Assembly (NCBI GenBank): GCA_944388765.1
Contig: CALXKA010000002.1
Coordinates: 11,509 to 75,508, forward strand
DNA: 64,000 nucleotides
From: an uncultured Clostridia bacterium
GTDB lineage: Bacteria; Bacillota; Clostridia; TANB77; CAG-508
Direction: 5' to 3'
Position 1 is the stretch's first letter. Each line of letters begins with the position of its first letter. The notes under the pieces were generated by a model that was not told the DNA's origin, ran no database searches, and saw only the letters and a program-made list of their open reading frames with translations. Shown piece by piece: positions 1-10,261 of this stretch. A program made the translations under genes and the position numbers.

Positions 1-3000
1 ATTTATTAATTCAAATTGCTCTTTGAATTGCTCTTTCATTGTAGTTGTCATTTCTTGAATCATTTTTCTAAGTTTTGACATTGTATTTTCTAGGTCTACT
101 CTTTGTTCACACATGAAATCATATCTTTCTTTCATGTTTTTATATTCTTCAATTGAATCAATATTTATACTTCCTAGACCTTTGATTTCTGTTCTTAAAC
201 TATTTACTTTTTTCTGTGTTAACGATATATTTTCTGGTTTTTTGTATTCATCTTGTACATTGTTTGGTGTTAACTCATATTCTTCCCACATTTTATTTAT
301 TATTGATTGTATGTCCTCTTCTAATTTGGTCTTTTTTACATCAATTTTTACAATTTGTGCTTTTAGATCTTCTATAACTTTAAATTTGTTAGAAATTTCT
401 TCTTCTTGTATTGATAGTTTCTTATTTTTTTCTAGTCTTTCTTCTTTTAACGCTTCTATTTTACTTCCACTATTTTTTACTTGTTCTTTAATATCTTCTA
501 TTTTTTGTTTTGTTTCTTTGATACTTTCTTCTAAATTAAAATTATCATTTTTGATTTGTTCAATTTGTTCTTTTTTATTTTCAATACTTTTTACTGTGTT
601 TTGAATATCTAAATTTATTCTTTCTTTTATTTCATCAATTGAAGCTTCACTTTCATCAAAAGATGATACTGATATTTTTAAGTTTGTGATATCAAAATTT
701 AAATCATCAATATATTTTTGGTCATCTTTGTTTAATTCTGCAAATTCTGTAATTAGTTTATTTAATTCTTCACTTTGTTTTGTTAATTCTTCTATTTCTT
801 TTTCTATTTCCTGTTTTTTAGTTATTGACTCTTGTTTTTGATTTTCTAGTTGTTTTTGTTCATCTTTTAGTTTTTGTAATCTCTTTTCTAGCTTTTCTAT
901 ATTTTCATCTATTGCCACAACTTTTTGTTTTTCTGTTGCATATGTTATATCAATTTCTTGCAATTCTCTTTCTAGACTTGTTGCCATTTCTATTGTATCT
1001 TCAATTGAATTTTCAAAATCTTCTTTTTCTTTTTTTGTTTTCTCTATTTTTTCCCTAATCTCTTTTATTTCTTTTTCCAGTTTTTCAATTTCTTTTCCTC
1101 TACCTAGAATATTTACAGTTTTTTTAGCAACAGAACCTCCTGTAATTGCTCCTGATGGATTTATCATATCTCCTTCTAATGTCATTATTCTAAACATATA
1201 TCCATTTTGTTTTGCAACCTTTATTGCTGTATCCATGTTGTCTACAATTACTGTTCTTCCAAGCAAGCTAATTATTATTTGTTCATATTTTTTATCAAAA
1301 CTTATTAAATCTGATGCAATTCCTATTATACCATTTTCTTTTCCTTTTATTTTATCTAATTTTTTTCCTTTAACTGATGCAATTGGTAAAAAAGATGCTC
1401 TTCCTAAATTATTTTTTCTTAAATGTTCAACTAATTTTTTTGCATCTTCTTCTGTGTCTGTTACAATATTTTGTAGCGACATTCCTAAACTCATTTCAAT
1501 TGCAGTTTGGTATTTTTCTGGTACATCTATAATATTTGCTAGAACTCCATGCATTCCTTTTCCTAGTTCTTTTATATTCTCACAATCTTTTAATAAATTT
1601 TTTACACTTTTTACATACCCTTCTTTTTCTTTTTCTGTTTCAATTAGAAATTTTTGTCTTGATTCTTTCATTCTCATTTCATTTTCTAATTGATTTATTT
1701 TTATATTGTATTCTTTAATTTTTTGATCTGCATTTTGTTTTTTATTATTTATGTCTTCTAATGATTTTAATACATTATTTCTTTTGTTATTAATTTCGTA
1801 AAATCCTTTTGAAATATCTTCTTTTTGAAGCCTTGTTGCATCTAATTCTGATATATAATTTGAAATCTCATTATTTATTTGTTTTTGTCTTTTTTCGTAA
1901 TTTTCAAAATTAATATCTTGTGTATGACTTTCAGATTGTAGTTCATATTTTTTATCAGTATTTTGTTCTACTTGCTTTTTATATCCTTCTATTTCAAGCT
2001 CTTTACTTGATAGTTTTTTAGTTATTTTTTCTAATTCTGCTTCTTTTTCTTGTAATTCTTTTTCAAATTTTTCCCTATTTTGTTTTAAATTATCTCTTTT
2101 TTCTTCTTTTTGTTTTATTTCTTCTTCTAGTTCTTTTTTTCTTATATTCAATTCTTCTATTTCTTTTTCATATCTTTCTTTATTTTCTCTATTATTAATA
2201 ATCCTTGTATTTGCTACATTTATATCTGAATTTAACATTTCTATTTCTTTTTGGCTTTCAAACCCTATGTTTGACATTTCTTCAATTTGGTTGGTTATTC
2301 TATCTACTTCTTCTTTTAATAGCTCTTTTAATTGTTTTATTTTCTCTAAATTATCTTCTTCTTCCTTACATTGACTTGTGTATATTTCTTCATCTTTCAC
2401 TATTTCTTCTAAATTGGCTTTATATTTTTCTATATTGTATAAAAACAATCCTATTTCTATACTTTTTAGTTCTTCTCTTAGACTTAAATATTTTTTAGCT
2501 TTTTCTGCTTGTAGTTTTAGTGGTTCTATATTTGTTTCTATTTCTGATAAGATATCATTTATACGAAGTAAATTTAACTTTGTGTGTTCTAATTTCTTTT
2601 CACTTTCTGCTTTTCTTGTTCTAAATTTTACAATTCCTGCTGCTTCTTCAAAAATATGTCTTCTATCTTCTGATTTGTTACTTAATATTTCATCAATTTT
2701 GCCTTGTCCAATTATTGAATATCCATCTTTTCCAATACCTGTATCCATAAATAATTCTAGTACATCTTTTAATCTACATGGTACTTTATTTATATAGTAT
2801 CCTGTTTCTCCACTTCTATATATTTTTCTTGTAACTGTTACTTCTGTGTATTCTATTGGAAGTGTACCATCTGTATTGTCAAATACTAATGATGCCTCTG
2901 CAAAACCTAGTGATTTTCTGTTTTGAGTTCCTGCAAATATTATATCTAGTGATTTTGTGCCTCTTAAAGATTTCATACTCTGTTCTCCAAGCACCCATCT

Positions 3001-3132
3001 TATACTATCTGAAATATTGCTTTTTCCGGATCCATTTGGTCCAATTACACTAGTTATTCCTGGCATAAATTCTAATACAGTTTTATCTGCAAAGGATTTA
3101 AATCCTTGTAATTCTAATCTTTTTAAATACAT
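1..3132 (-). CDS. smc: Chromosome segregation protein SMC (N-terminal ~1044 codons; C-terminus lies beyond the left edge of the window)
   Basis: My reverse-strand translation from the ATG at 3132 reads MYLKRLELQGFKSFADKTVLEFMPGITSVIGPNGSGKSNISDSIRWVLGEQS..., a Walker A SMC head followed by a long coiled coil. The frame stays open to position 1 (3132 = 3 x 1044). It is absent from the ORF track because no stop lies in the window. The + strand ORFs at 113-3247 are antisense shadows. Confidence 0.9.
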   Translation of the reverse strand, partial: MYLKRLELQGFKSFADKTVLEFMPGITSVIGPNGSGKSNISDSIRWVLGEQSMKSLRGTKSLDIIFAGTQNRKSLGFAEASLVFDNTDGTLPIEYTEVTVTRKIYRSGETGYYINKVPCRLKDVLELFMDTGIGKDGYSIIGQGKIDEILSNKSEDRRHIFEEAAGIVKFRTRKAESEKKLEHTKLNLLRINDILSEIETNIEPLKLQAEKAKKYLSLREELKSIEIGLFLYNIEKYKANLEEIVKDEEIYTSQCKEEEDNLEKIKQLKELLKEEVDRITNQIEEMSNIGFESQKEIEMLNSDINVANTRIINNRENKERYEKEIEELNIRKKELEEEIKQKEEKRDNLKQNREKFEKELQEKEAELEKITKKLSSKELEIEGYKKQVEQNTDKKYELQSESHTQDINFENYEKRQKQINNEISNYISELDATRLQKEDISKGFYEINNKRNNVLKSLEDINNKKQNADQKIKEYNIKINQLENEMRMKESRQKFLIETEKEKEGYVKSVKNLLKDCENIKELGKGMHGVLANIIDVPEKYQTAIEMSLGMSLQNIVTDTEEDAKKLVEHLRKNNLGRASFLPIASVKGKKLDKIKGKENGIIGIASDLISFDKKYEQIIISLLGRTVIVDNMDTAIKVAKQNGYMFRIMTLEGDMINPSGAITGGSVAKKTVNILGRGKEIEKLEKEIKEIREKIEKTKKEKEDFENSIEDTIEMATSLERELQEIDITYATEKQKVVAIDENIEKLEKRLQKLKDEQKQLENQKQESITKKQEIEKEIEELTKQSEELNKLITEFAELNKDDQKYIDDLNFDITNLKISVSSFDESEASIDEIKERINLDIQNTVKSIENKKEQIEQIKNDNFNLEESIKETKQKIEDIKEQVKNSGSKIEALKEERLEKNKKLSIQEEEISNKFKVIEDLKAQIVKIDVKKTKLEEDIQSIINKMWEEYELTPNNVQDEYKKPENISLTQKKVNSLRTEIKGLGSINIDSIEEYKNMKERYDFMCEQRVDLENTMSKLRKMIQEMTTTMKEQFKEQFELIN

Positions 3133-3223
3133 TTATTATCACCTTTTGTTTTTCTTTTCTTATTTTCCTACCTATGTAGTTTATACTATTTTGTATAGAA
3201 AAGTCAACATTTGTCTATATTGT

Positions 3224-3556
3224 TTATTGTTTTACAGTACTTGCTAATATTGCTTTTGCAATGTTATATATTAGTTTTTGTTTTTCTGGACTGCATTGTG
3301 CTACAATATCACTTAATTCTTTGTTTAAATAGTTTTCTGATTTTAAAGAAACTCCTGTTACTAAATATTCCATTGGTACATCTAAGGCATGACTTATTTG
3401 TGCTAGTCTTTTTAAATTTATAGGATTTCCTCTTTCCACTCTACTAATGTATGCAACTGCAACATCTATTTCTTCTGATATTTTCTCTTGTGACCATCCT
3501 TTTCTCTTCCTTGCTTCTTTTATCCTTTGTCCAATTAAAGTATAATCGATTTCCAT
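3224..3556 (-). CDS. XRE-family helix-turn-helix transcriptional regulator
   Basis: MEIDYTLIGQRIKEARKRKGWSQEKISEEIDVAVAYISRVERG is a classic HTH_3 pattern. I chose the internal ATG at 3556 because GAGAGGAGC lies about 8 nt upstream. Confidence 0.75.
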   Translation of the reverse strand: MEIDYTLIGQRIKEARKRKGWSQEKISEEIDVAVAYISRVERGNPINLKRLAQISHALDVPMEYLVTGVSLKSENYLNKELSDIVAQCSPEKQKLIYNIAKAILASTVKQ

Positions 3557-3666
3557 ACGACCAGCTCCTCTCATAAGTAAATATATCATCATGAGTTTTA
3601 GTTGTCAATACTTTTCATGAAATTTATATGTAAATTTTTATTTTGAAGTTTCTTGTTTTGTATGTT

Positions 3667-3700
3667 TTAGGAACAGATAAAGATTTTAATCTGTTCCTAA
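3667..3700 (-). terminator. Perfect 12-bp stem hairpin immediately downstream of the SBP gene
   Basis: TTAGGAACAGAT-(10 nt)-ATCTGTTCCTAA. The U-tract on the minus strand is poor, so terminator function is uncertain. Confidence 0.4.
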
Positions 3701-3716
3701 TTTAATTTAACTTTTC

Positions 3717-4733
3717 CTATTTTATTGCTTCTTCTGCATATTTATTATTTATTACTTTTTCATATGGTGCTTTTTCTTGTAATTCCCCTGCCATTGTCAT
3801 AACTTCTTCTAATCTATTATATACTTCTTCTTTTAATACAGGAGTATCATTCCATGCATCTATATCTTTATAACTTTGAACTGCACTTGCAAGTTCTTCT
3901 ATGTCCGTATCAGGGAAAAAACTTTGTATTGCTTCTGCAATTTCTGTACTTGTATGTTCTTTTACAAATTGCTCACCTTTATATATTGCATTTGTGAATT
4001 TTTGTATTGTATCCTCATTATTTTCTATATAACTTTTTTTAGCGAAGTATGCTGTGTATGGTATTTCTCCTGCTTCTGCTCCTACTGATGCCACAATATA
4101 CCCTTTTCCTTCCTTCTCAGTTAATGATGCAGTAGGCTCAAATAAAGTTACATATTCTGCATCTCCACTTGAAAATGCTCCTGCCATTAAATCAAATTTT
4201 ATACTATCATCTAATGTTAAATCTGTTTGTGGATTTATTCCATTTTTCTTTAATACATATTCTAATGTCATATATGGTACTCCACCTTTTCTTCCAGGAA
4301 TTACTGTTTTCCCTTTTAAATCTTGCCAACTAAAATTATCTGTGTCTTCTTTTGCCACCAAGAATGAACCATCTCTTTTAGTCATTTGTGCAAATACTTG
4401 TGTATAATCTTCTTTTCCCTCATTATATACATATATTGATGCTTCTGGTCCTGCAAATCCTATATCACATTGACCTGATAATACCGCTGTCATAACCGCA
4501 TCTGCACCTTGGCCAGTTGAAAGTTCTATTTTCATTCCATTTTCTTCAAAATATCCGTTGTTTATTGCTACATATTGTGGTGCATAAAATACTGAACGTG
4601 TTACTTCATTTACTTTTATTGTCTGTAATTGATTTTCATTATCATTTGATCTGTTTTTTACGATAAAAATTTCTATTATGATAGCTATAAGTATAATTAT
4701 TGCTATTATATATGTTAATGTCTTCCTATTCAT
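3717..4733 (-). CDS. ABC transporter substrate-binding protein, NMT1/THI5-like (NitT/TauT family)
   Basis: N-terminal membrane anchor, then YAPQYVAINNGYFEENGMKIEL...GQCDIGFAGPE, typical of NMT1-like periplasmic binding proteins. It is the likely partner of the ATPase/permease at 11.7-13.3 kb. Confidence 0.75.
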   Translation of the reverse strand: MNRKTLTYIIAIIILIAIIIEIFIVKNRSNDNENQLQTIKVNEVTRSVFYAPQYVAINNGYFEENGMKIELSTGQGADAVMTAVLSGQCDIGFAGPEASIYVYNEGKEDYTQVFAQMTKRDGSFLVAKEDTDNFSWQDLKGKTVIPGRKGGVPYMTLEYVLKKNGINPQTDLTLDDSIKFDLMAGAFSSGDAEYVTLFEPTASLTEKEGKGYIVASVGAEAGEIPYTAYFAKKSYIENNEDTIQKFTNAIYKGEQFVKEHTSTEIAEAIQSFFPDTDIEELASAVQSYKDIDAWNDTPVLKEEVYNRLEEVMTMAGELQEKAPYEKVINNKYAEEAIK

Positions 4734-4875
4734 TTCACACCTCCTTATTATCTTTATATATTTTATGTTTATATTCTTGATATGTGAAATTAATAAAAAA
4801 AGAGAATAATTAGTTCTATTATCTAATTTTTCTCTTTTTTAATACTAATAACGTAGTTTTGGTATTGTTAATATA

Positions 4876-5496
4876 TTATTCTCTTTCTTCTTGCTCTTTA
4901 TCTGTTTGTCTTGATGCCATTTTGTCTGTATGTTTTATTTTATCACTCTCTTCTATACTATCTTTTTTGGCTGATTCTTTTAACCATTCTTTAAATTCTC
5001 TTGCTTCTCTTCTTTGTTCACATCTTTTATGTATTTCCTCTCTTTTCTCTCTTATTTCTCTTGGTTTATCAAACGTTTCATAATGTTCCTGTTTTTGCTT
5101 AATATATTCCATTTCATTTGTCTTTGCATAACTATAAGCTATTTTTAAATCTCTTACACTTCTAGGCATTTCATCTTCTTCAACAAGTAAATAATTATTT
5201 CCTCTTTCACTTAATTTTTGTACTTTCATGTTAGGTCTTAATGTAGACACTTTTTGTACTATCCCATCAAGTCTTTTTAAAATTTTATCTAAATCTTTTT
5301 CATCAATTGTATCCATTAATTTTGTTATTGGTTGTTCTAATTTTCCTAATTTTTTAATTAAGCCTTGGTATCTTAATTTTAGTTTATGTCTCCTATTATA
5401 TAAACTAGAATCATTTCTTATTATATCATAGCAAATAGAATAAATATCTCTTATATCTATATCATTAAAATTTCTTTTTCCCTCTTTTATTATCAT
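4876..5496 (-). CDS. Hypothetical protein, highly charged C-terminus
   Basis: 206-aa ORF followed by a stem-loop (AAGAGAA...TTCTCTT plus a T-run, about 4796-4842). No motif recognised. Confidence 0.5.
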   Translation of the reverse strand: MIIKEGKRNFNDIDIRDIYSICYDIIRNDSSLYNRRHKLKLRYQGLIKKLGKLEQPITKLMDTIDEKDLDKILKRLDGIVQKVSTLRPNMKVQKLSERGNNYLLVEEDEMPRSVRDLKIAYSYAKTNEMEYIKQKQEHYETFDKPREIREKREEIHKRCEQRREAREFKEWLKESAKKDSIEESDKIKHTDKMASRQTDKEQEERE

Positions 5497-5907
5497 AATA
5501 ATCCCTCACTTTCTATCTAACATGCTTTAATTATAACATATTTTACATAAAATTGCAATTTTATATAGACTTTACAATATTTATTAAATTTTATGATTTA
5601 CGAAAATTTCTATATCATAATTTGTTAAAATTTTCATATTGTGTTTTTTATAAATTTCTAGAATTATATGATGTAACTTTGTAAATTCCTGTTTTTTACT
5701 AGATATATAATCATTTTTCATTTTACTTTAAAAATGTGTACTTTATTTCTCGATTTTTCTGAATTTTTTGATAGTATAAAACTTTTATTAATTGTTTTTT
5801 ATATGTTCTTTTACTAATTTTTCTTAACTCCTTATATTTTCCTTATATTTTTCTCTTATTTTACTACTTCATTCATTTTATCTTCTATAATCTACTTTCT
5901 CTTAATT

Positions 5908-6684
5908 TTAATTTAATTTTTTTATTCTAACTATATTTAAAAACCTTTTAAAAAAGCCAAATTTTTTATTTTGTAATTCTTCAACTTCGTTCAATGCTAC
6001 TTTTAATTTTTTAGATAAATCATGAATAATATTATTTGATTTTTCTAACTGTTGTTTTAAATCTTCTTTTTCTATTTCTATTTTTTTAAAATTATTCTTC
6101 ATCATTTCTAAAATTCCTGAATTATATATAGTATTATAGGTATTTACTGCTTCATTATATTTTTCTTCATCTTCTTTTTTTAGTCTGCTAATGATTTCTT
6201 GAATTTTGATTATTTCTTCTTGGCACATTTCTATTAATTCAGGGAAACTATTTTCTATGTTTTGCTCTAATTGAAACATCTTATCATATATTTCAAATGC
6301 AATATTTTTGTTATAGTAAACTTCTTTTTCGTTTATATCTGTAAAATTTTTTGTATTAATTAACATTAATTTTTCTGTATCCAAATTTAATTTGTATATT
6401 TCATATTCTTTTTTAGGTTCTTTTTCCCATATAGCTATATTGCTATTTTCTGTTTTGGCTTCACTATATTTATCTATACAAATTCTATTTACTGCATCAT
6501 TTTTTTGTTTTTTATCTAATTCTTCTAATTGTTTTATAGTTTCTAAATTTCCCTGTTGCCTATATATTGCTATTTGTTTTGCTATTTGTTTGTTATAATA
6601 GTCTCCATTTTTTGTTACTATAACTTCACCATTTTCTATTTTGTATTTATTTTCTAAAATATCATTAGCATAAATAACCCTCAT
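5908..6684 (-). CDS. Hypothetical coiled-coil protein
   Basis: 258-aa ORF, co-directional with and 51 nt downstream of the 482-aa gene. The C-terminal half is heptad-like. No motif recognised. Confidence 0.5.
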   Translation of the reverse strand: MRVIYANDILENKYKIENGEVIVTKNGDYYNKQIAKQIAIYRQQGNLETIKQLEELDKKQKNDAVNRICIDKYSEAKTENSNIAIWEKEPKKEYEIYKLNLDTEKLMLINTKNFTDINEKEVYYNKNIAFEIYDKMFQLEQNIENSFPELIEMCQEEIIKIQEIISRLKKEDEEKYNEAVNTYNTIYNSGILEMMKNNFKKIEIEKEDLKQQLEKSNNIIHDLSKKLKVALNEVEELQNKKFGFFKRFLNIVRIKKLN

Positions 6685-6735
6685 AATTATTCTCCTTTAT
6701 TAGAAATAATCAACACTGGCATTTGCCTACTTTTA

Positions 6736-8184
6736 TTAGTTTTGTATTTGTTCTTCCCTATCTTTTTCTATGTCTTTTCCTTTAAATTTTGATTCAATTT
6801 TATTTAACATTCCTTTGATAGTTTCATTTGGTATTTTAAATTCTGGATTTTTAAATCCTCCTGCTACTATCATTTGTCCATTTGGATTCACAAATACTCC
6901 TGATGTATTTTCATCTATTCTATATTCTTCAACTAATTCTTTTCCATATTCTAATATTTCTTCTGGTAATTTTGTTCCTGGTTTACTTGTTATTGCAAAT
7001 GTCACTCCATCTGCTTTTTTATCTTGATCTACATGTTCTGTTGCTGATGCATAATATGGTATTCCCATTTCATATGCTATTGCTGATCCTCCTATGATTT
7101 GCTCTGGTGCTAATACTATTTTTTCTCCATTTTGTAATTCTTTTGTATACTTTTCTATCTTTTCTACTGCGTTATCTATAATTTTTTGTTGTTTTTCATG
7201 AGCTTCTTCTAATTCAAATTCTGCAAGTTGTTCATCTGTTAACTTTTTATCTAATAACCTTTTCTCTGCTAATTTAAATGTTTGCTCTCCTCTTAAATAT
7301 CTAACTAATGCTAGTCCGCTCCTACTATCTAATGCACTTACTTTATTTGGTACTGTATCTGCTAATTCTACAATTTGTTCTGGTACATATATTCCTAAAT
7401 CATTTAATGCTTCTGATGCTGATTTTACTCCATTTGCTGGATCTCCATCTATTACAATCGTTTCACCTTCTTGTCTACTTCCTTTATGTCCTCCTGTATC
7501 TACATTTAGCATTCCTTCTTTTATTTTTCCTGCTGGTACTCTATCTACTTGTAAGCTTTCATCTTCTTTTAATATTTTATTTTCCTTAGCCCATTTTTCT
7601 AATGCATATATTGCCGATTTATTATCTAAATCATCTCCAAAATGTGTTACTACTGTTTTTGTTTCTTCTATTTTTCTTTTTATTTCTTCTTTTTGTTTTT
7701 GTTCTTCTCTATATAATTCCCAAAAACGTTCAGGAATTTTGAAACTAACAAAGTAATGATCTATATCATGTAATTTTCTATATTCTTTTTCACACATCTT
7801 TTTGATATTTTTATATTCTTCTTTCATCATTTCTTCATTATATAATTTGTTATCTCGTAATACCCAAACAGCTCCTGCAACATCATCTCCATAATCTCCA
7901 TATTCTATAAATGTTGTTCTCACATATAGTTTATTTGATTTCTTTAAATTATCTGGCACTACTAACGGTATATATTTTTTATAATAACAACCTTTAGCTA
8001 TAAAATTATCTGTTTCAAAGTTTTGCTTTACAAATTTTTCTATTTTTTTTTCTTTGTTCAACATATCTGGTAAGTATATCCATCTGCTTTCTTCTGGCCT
8101 AATCACTTCGATTACATTATCAAAGCATTCCCATCCAAACCTAGTATTCCATGCCTGTTCTTCTACAGGTACATAACATTTCAT
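6736..8184 (-). CDS. Hypothetical protein with a divergent DHH/DHHA1-like phosphoesterase region (function uncertain)
   Basis: The order of motifs resembles NrnA-type DHH proteins. They are THFGDDLDNKS (motif I-like), LNVDTGGH (II-like), IVIDGDPANG (III position, DHH replaced by DGD), SASEAL, LDSRSG and AGGFKNPEF (GGGH position). An AGGAG RBS lies inside the end of the upstream LysR gene. Confidence 0.55.
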   Translation of the reverse strand: MKCYVPVEEQAWNTRFGWECFDNVIEVIRPEESRWIYLPDMLNKEKKIEKFVKQNFETDNFIAKGCYYKKYIPLVVPDNLKKSNKLYVRTTFIEYGDYGDDVAGAVWVLRDNKLYNEEMMKEEYKNIKKMCEKEYRKLHDIDHYFVSFKIPERFWELYREEQKQKEEIKRKIEETKTVVTHFGDDLDNKSAIYALEKWAKENKILKEDESLQVDRVPAGKIKEGMLNVDTGGHKGSRQEGETIVIDGDPANGVKSASEALNDLGIYVPEQIVELADTVPNKVSALDSRSGLALVRYLRGEQTFKLAEKRLLDKKLTDEQLAEFELEEAHEKQQKIIDNAVEKIEKYTKELQNGEKIVLAPEQIIGGSAIAYEMGIPYYASATEHVDQDKKADGVTFAITSKPGTKLPEEILEYGKELVEEYRIDENTSGVFVNPNGQMIVAGGFKNPEFKIPNETIKGMLNKIESKFKGKDIEKDREEQIQN

Positions 8185-8186
8185 AA

Positions 8187-9092
8187 TTATTTCTCCTTTA
8201 CAATTTTAATTAATTTTAAAACTTCTTCATTTTTTCTTTCATTGTTTAAAGTAACCCAATTTATATTACATTCTGATAAGCCCTCTTCCAATGGTATTTC
8301 TATAAATATATTTCTCTTAAGTTCTTCATATATGTATTCCTTAAATCCTACTGCAATTCCAAGTCCATTAAATACGAAATATTTTCTTATGTTTATACTT
8401 TGTGTTTCATATTTTAATTTAATATCTAAATGATGTTTTTGGCAAAACTTATCGAACTCACTCCTCTCGATACTGCCTTTTTTAGGTAAAATAAAATTAT
8501 ATTGTTCTGCTTTATTGTATATATCTATTTTTCCATTTTGTTTTTCTAAATAGTTCTTTGATGTATATATACATGGTGTTAAGTTTTTAGTAGCAATTAT
8601 CTTAAAATTCTTATTCCTAATTTGCTTTATGTCTTTTATTGTAATAATATCTACCTGTTCATTTAATAGTTCTTCTATTGCTTCTTTTTCTGTTCCTATA
8701 TCTAAGTCAATTCCAATTTCGGGATATTTTTTAGAGAACTTTACAATTGTATCACCTAAAAATATGTTATCTATTTGGTTTGTTGTTTTTATTTTGATAT
8801 TGTTTGTTTTGTTTTTTTGTAAATATATGTTAAACTTATTTTCCACATTGTTCATTGTTTCTATACTATCTTTTACATACTTGTATAATTCTTTTCCTTC
8901 TTTTGTTAATTTCATTCCATCTGGTTTTCTATAAAATAATTTTATATTTAGTTGTTTTTCTAAATTATTTATTCTTTGAGTTATTGCTGGCTGTGATATA
9001 TATAATTCTTGTGTTGCTTTGGATATATTTTTATATTTTGCTACTGTATAAAATATTCGGTATAATTCTAAATCTATGTTCACTATATCCAC
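8187..9092 (-). CDS. LysR-family transcriptional regulator
   Basis: N-terminal wHTH: FYTVAKYKNISKATQELYISQPAITQRINNLEKQL. Length is 301 aa. The stop lies 2 nt before the start of the 482-aa gene. Confidence 0.85.
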   Translation of the reverse strand: MDIVNIDLELYRIFYTVAKYKNISKATQELYISQPAITQRINNLEKQLNIKLFYRKPDGMKLTKEGKELYKYVKDSIETMNNVENKFNIYLQKNKTNNIKIKTTNQIDNIFLGDTIVKFSKKYPEIGIDLDIGTEKEAIEELLNEQVDIITIKDIKQIRNKNFKIIATKNLTPCIYTSKNYLEKQNGKIDIYNKAEQYNFILPKKGSIERSEFDKFCQKHHLDIKLKYETQSINIRKYFVFNGLGIAVGFKEYIYEELKRNIFIEIPLEEGLSECNINWVTLNNERKNEEVLKLIKIVKEK

Positions 9093-9164
9093 TTCCTTTT
9101 TATTTCTAAATATTACTTTTTTACTAGTTTATCTTAAGTATTTTGTAATATAAAATCATTTTTT

Positions 9165-9181
9165 CTTATAAACTTTATAAG
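9165..9181. promoter_or_regulatory. Candidate LysR-type operator dyad CTTATA-N5-TATAAG
   Basis: 6-5-6 inverted repeat in the intergenic region upstream of the LysR gene starting at 9092. Confidence 0.3.
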
Positions 9182-9264
9182 CTTGTCGAATATCAAGGAA
9201 ACATTTACATATTTATGTTAACACTTTAAGTCTATAAATTCAAATAATATTTTTTAATGTTTGT

Positions 9265-9281
9265 TATAAGTTTTGCTTATA
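9265..9281. promoter_or_regulatory. Candidate LysR-type operator dyad TATAAG-N5-CTTATA (contains T-N11-A)
   Basis: 6-5-6 inverted repeat built from the same half-sites as 9165-9181 in swapped order, exactly 100 bp away. Confidence 0.3.
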
Positions 9282-9358
9282 TGGTTTTTAAGTATCTTTT
9301 TATATATTTATTTTTAAATACAAAAATAGAGACATTCTCTATTGAATTTCTCTATCTT

Positions 9359-10261
9359 TCATGGTTCTATATCATTTTTTATCATTTCAATTAGTTTTAA
9401 TGTTGCATTATTTAATAATTCATCTTTTTGAACTGCTATACCAAAATTTCTTATTAGTGGTTTGTTTGAAATTTTTATTTCTACTAGTTCTCCACTTTCT
9501 AATTCTTTTTTTATATTATTTTTTATTCCAAAACCTATCCCTAAACCTTGCATTGTAAAATATTTTCTTGCATTTGTGCTAGTCATAATGAATTTAGGTT
9601 CATATTCTATATGATTATTTTCACAAAATTGTTTTAATATTTTTCCAGTAGTAGATTTTTCTGCTGGCGATATTAATTCTATTTTCAGTAATTCTTTTGC
9701 TTGTTTTTGATTTTTGATTTTTTTACAATACTCTTTTGTAGCATAAAAACAATCTTCTATTTCTCCACATTCTATAATTTGTATGTTTGACTCATTATAT
9801 TCATATGGTAAATTTACAGCTACTAAATCTACTTCTCCTTTTGATAATTCTTCTATTGAGTCTTTAATATATCCACCTGACACTTCTATTTTTATTTTTG
9901 GATATTTTTTTGAAAATTTTATTATTGCATTATATATACCTGCATTTCCTAATGCACTACCTGTTTTTATCTTTATATTCCCTTCTTCGAGATTAATAAA
10001 CTGACTAAACTTGTTTTCTGCATTGTTCATTATATCAACACTTGTTTTTATATATTTATATAAATGTTTACCTTCATCTGTCAGTTTCACTCCTTTTGGT
10101 GTCCTAAAAAACAACTTTCCTTTTAAGTTTTCCTCTAATTTTCTTATACTCTGTGTTATGGCTGGTTGAGAGACATATAGTTTTTCTGCTGCTTTTGAGA
10201 AACTTTCACATTCTGCTACAATACAAAATATCCTATATGCTTCAAAATCTATTTCCATCAT
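9359..10261 (-). CDS. LysR-family transcriptional regulator (paralog of 8187..9092)
   Basis: FCIVAECESFSKAAEKLYVSQPAITQSIRKLEENL. Its ATG overlaps the TGA of the upstream gene (ATGA), and GGAGG lies 9 nt upstream inside that gene. Confidence 0.85.
   Translation of the reverse strand: MMEIDFEAYRIFCIVAECESFSKAAEKLYVSQPAITQSIRKLEENLKGKLFFRTPKGVKLTDEGKHLYKYIKTSVDIMNNAENKFSQFINLEEGNIKIKTGSALGNAGIYNAIIKFSKKYPKIKIEVSGGYIKDSIEELSKGEVDLVAVNLPYEYNESNIQIIECGEIEDCFYATKEYCKKIKNQKQAKELLKIELISPAEKSTTGKILKQFCENNHIEYEPKFIMTSTNARKYFTMQGLGIGFGIKNNIKKELESGELVEIKISNKPLIRNFGIAVQKDELLNNATLKLIEMIKNDIEP

Noticed and set aside
113-3247. A chain of + strand ORFs (163, 77, 152, 97, 139, 96 aa and others) rich in Leu/Phe/Ser
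   Set aside because: They are antisense shadows of the minus-strand smc gene, which translates cleanly for 1044 codons. Their low-complexity composition is typical of reverse-frame artefacts in AT-rich DNA.
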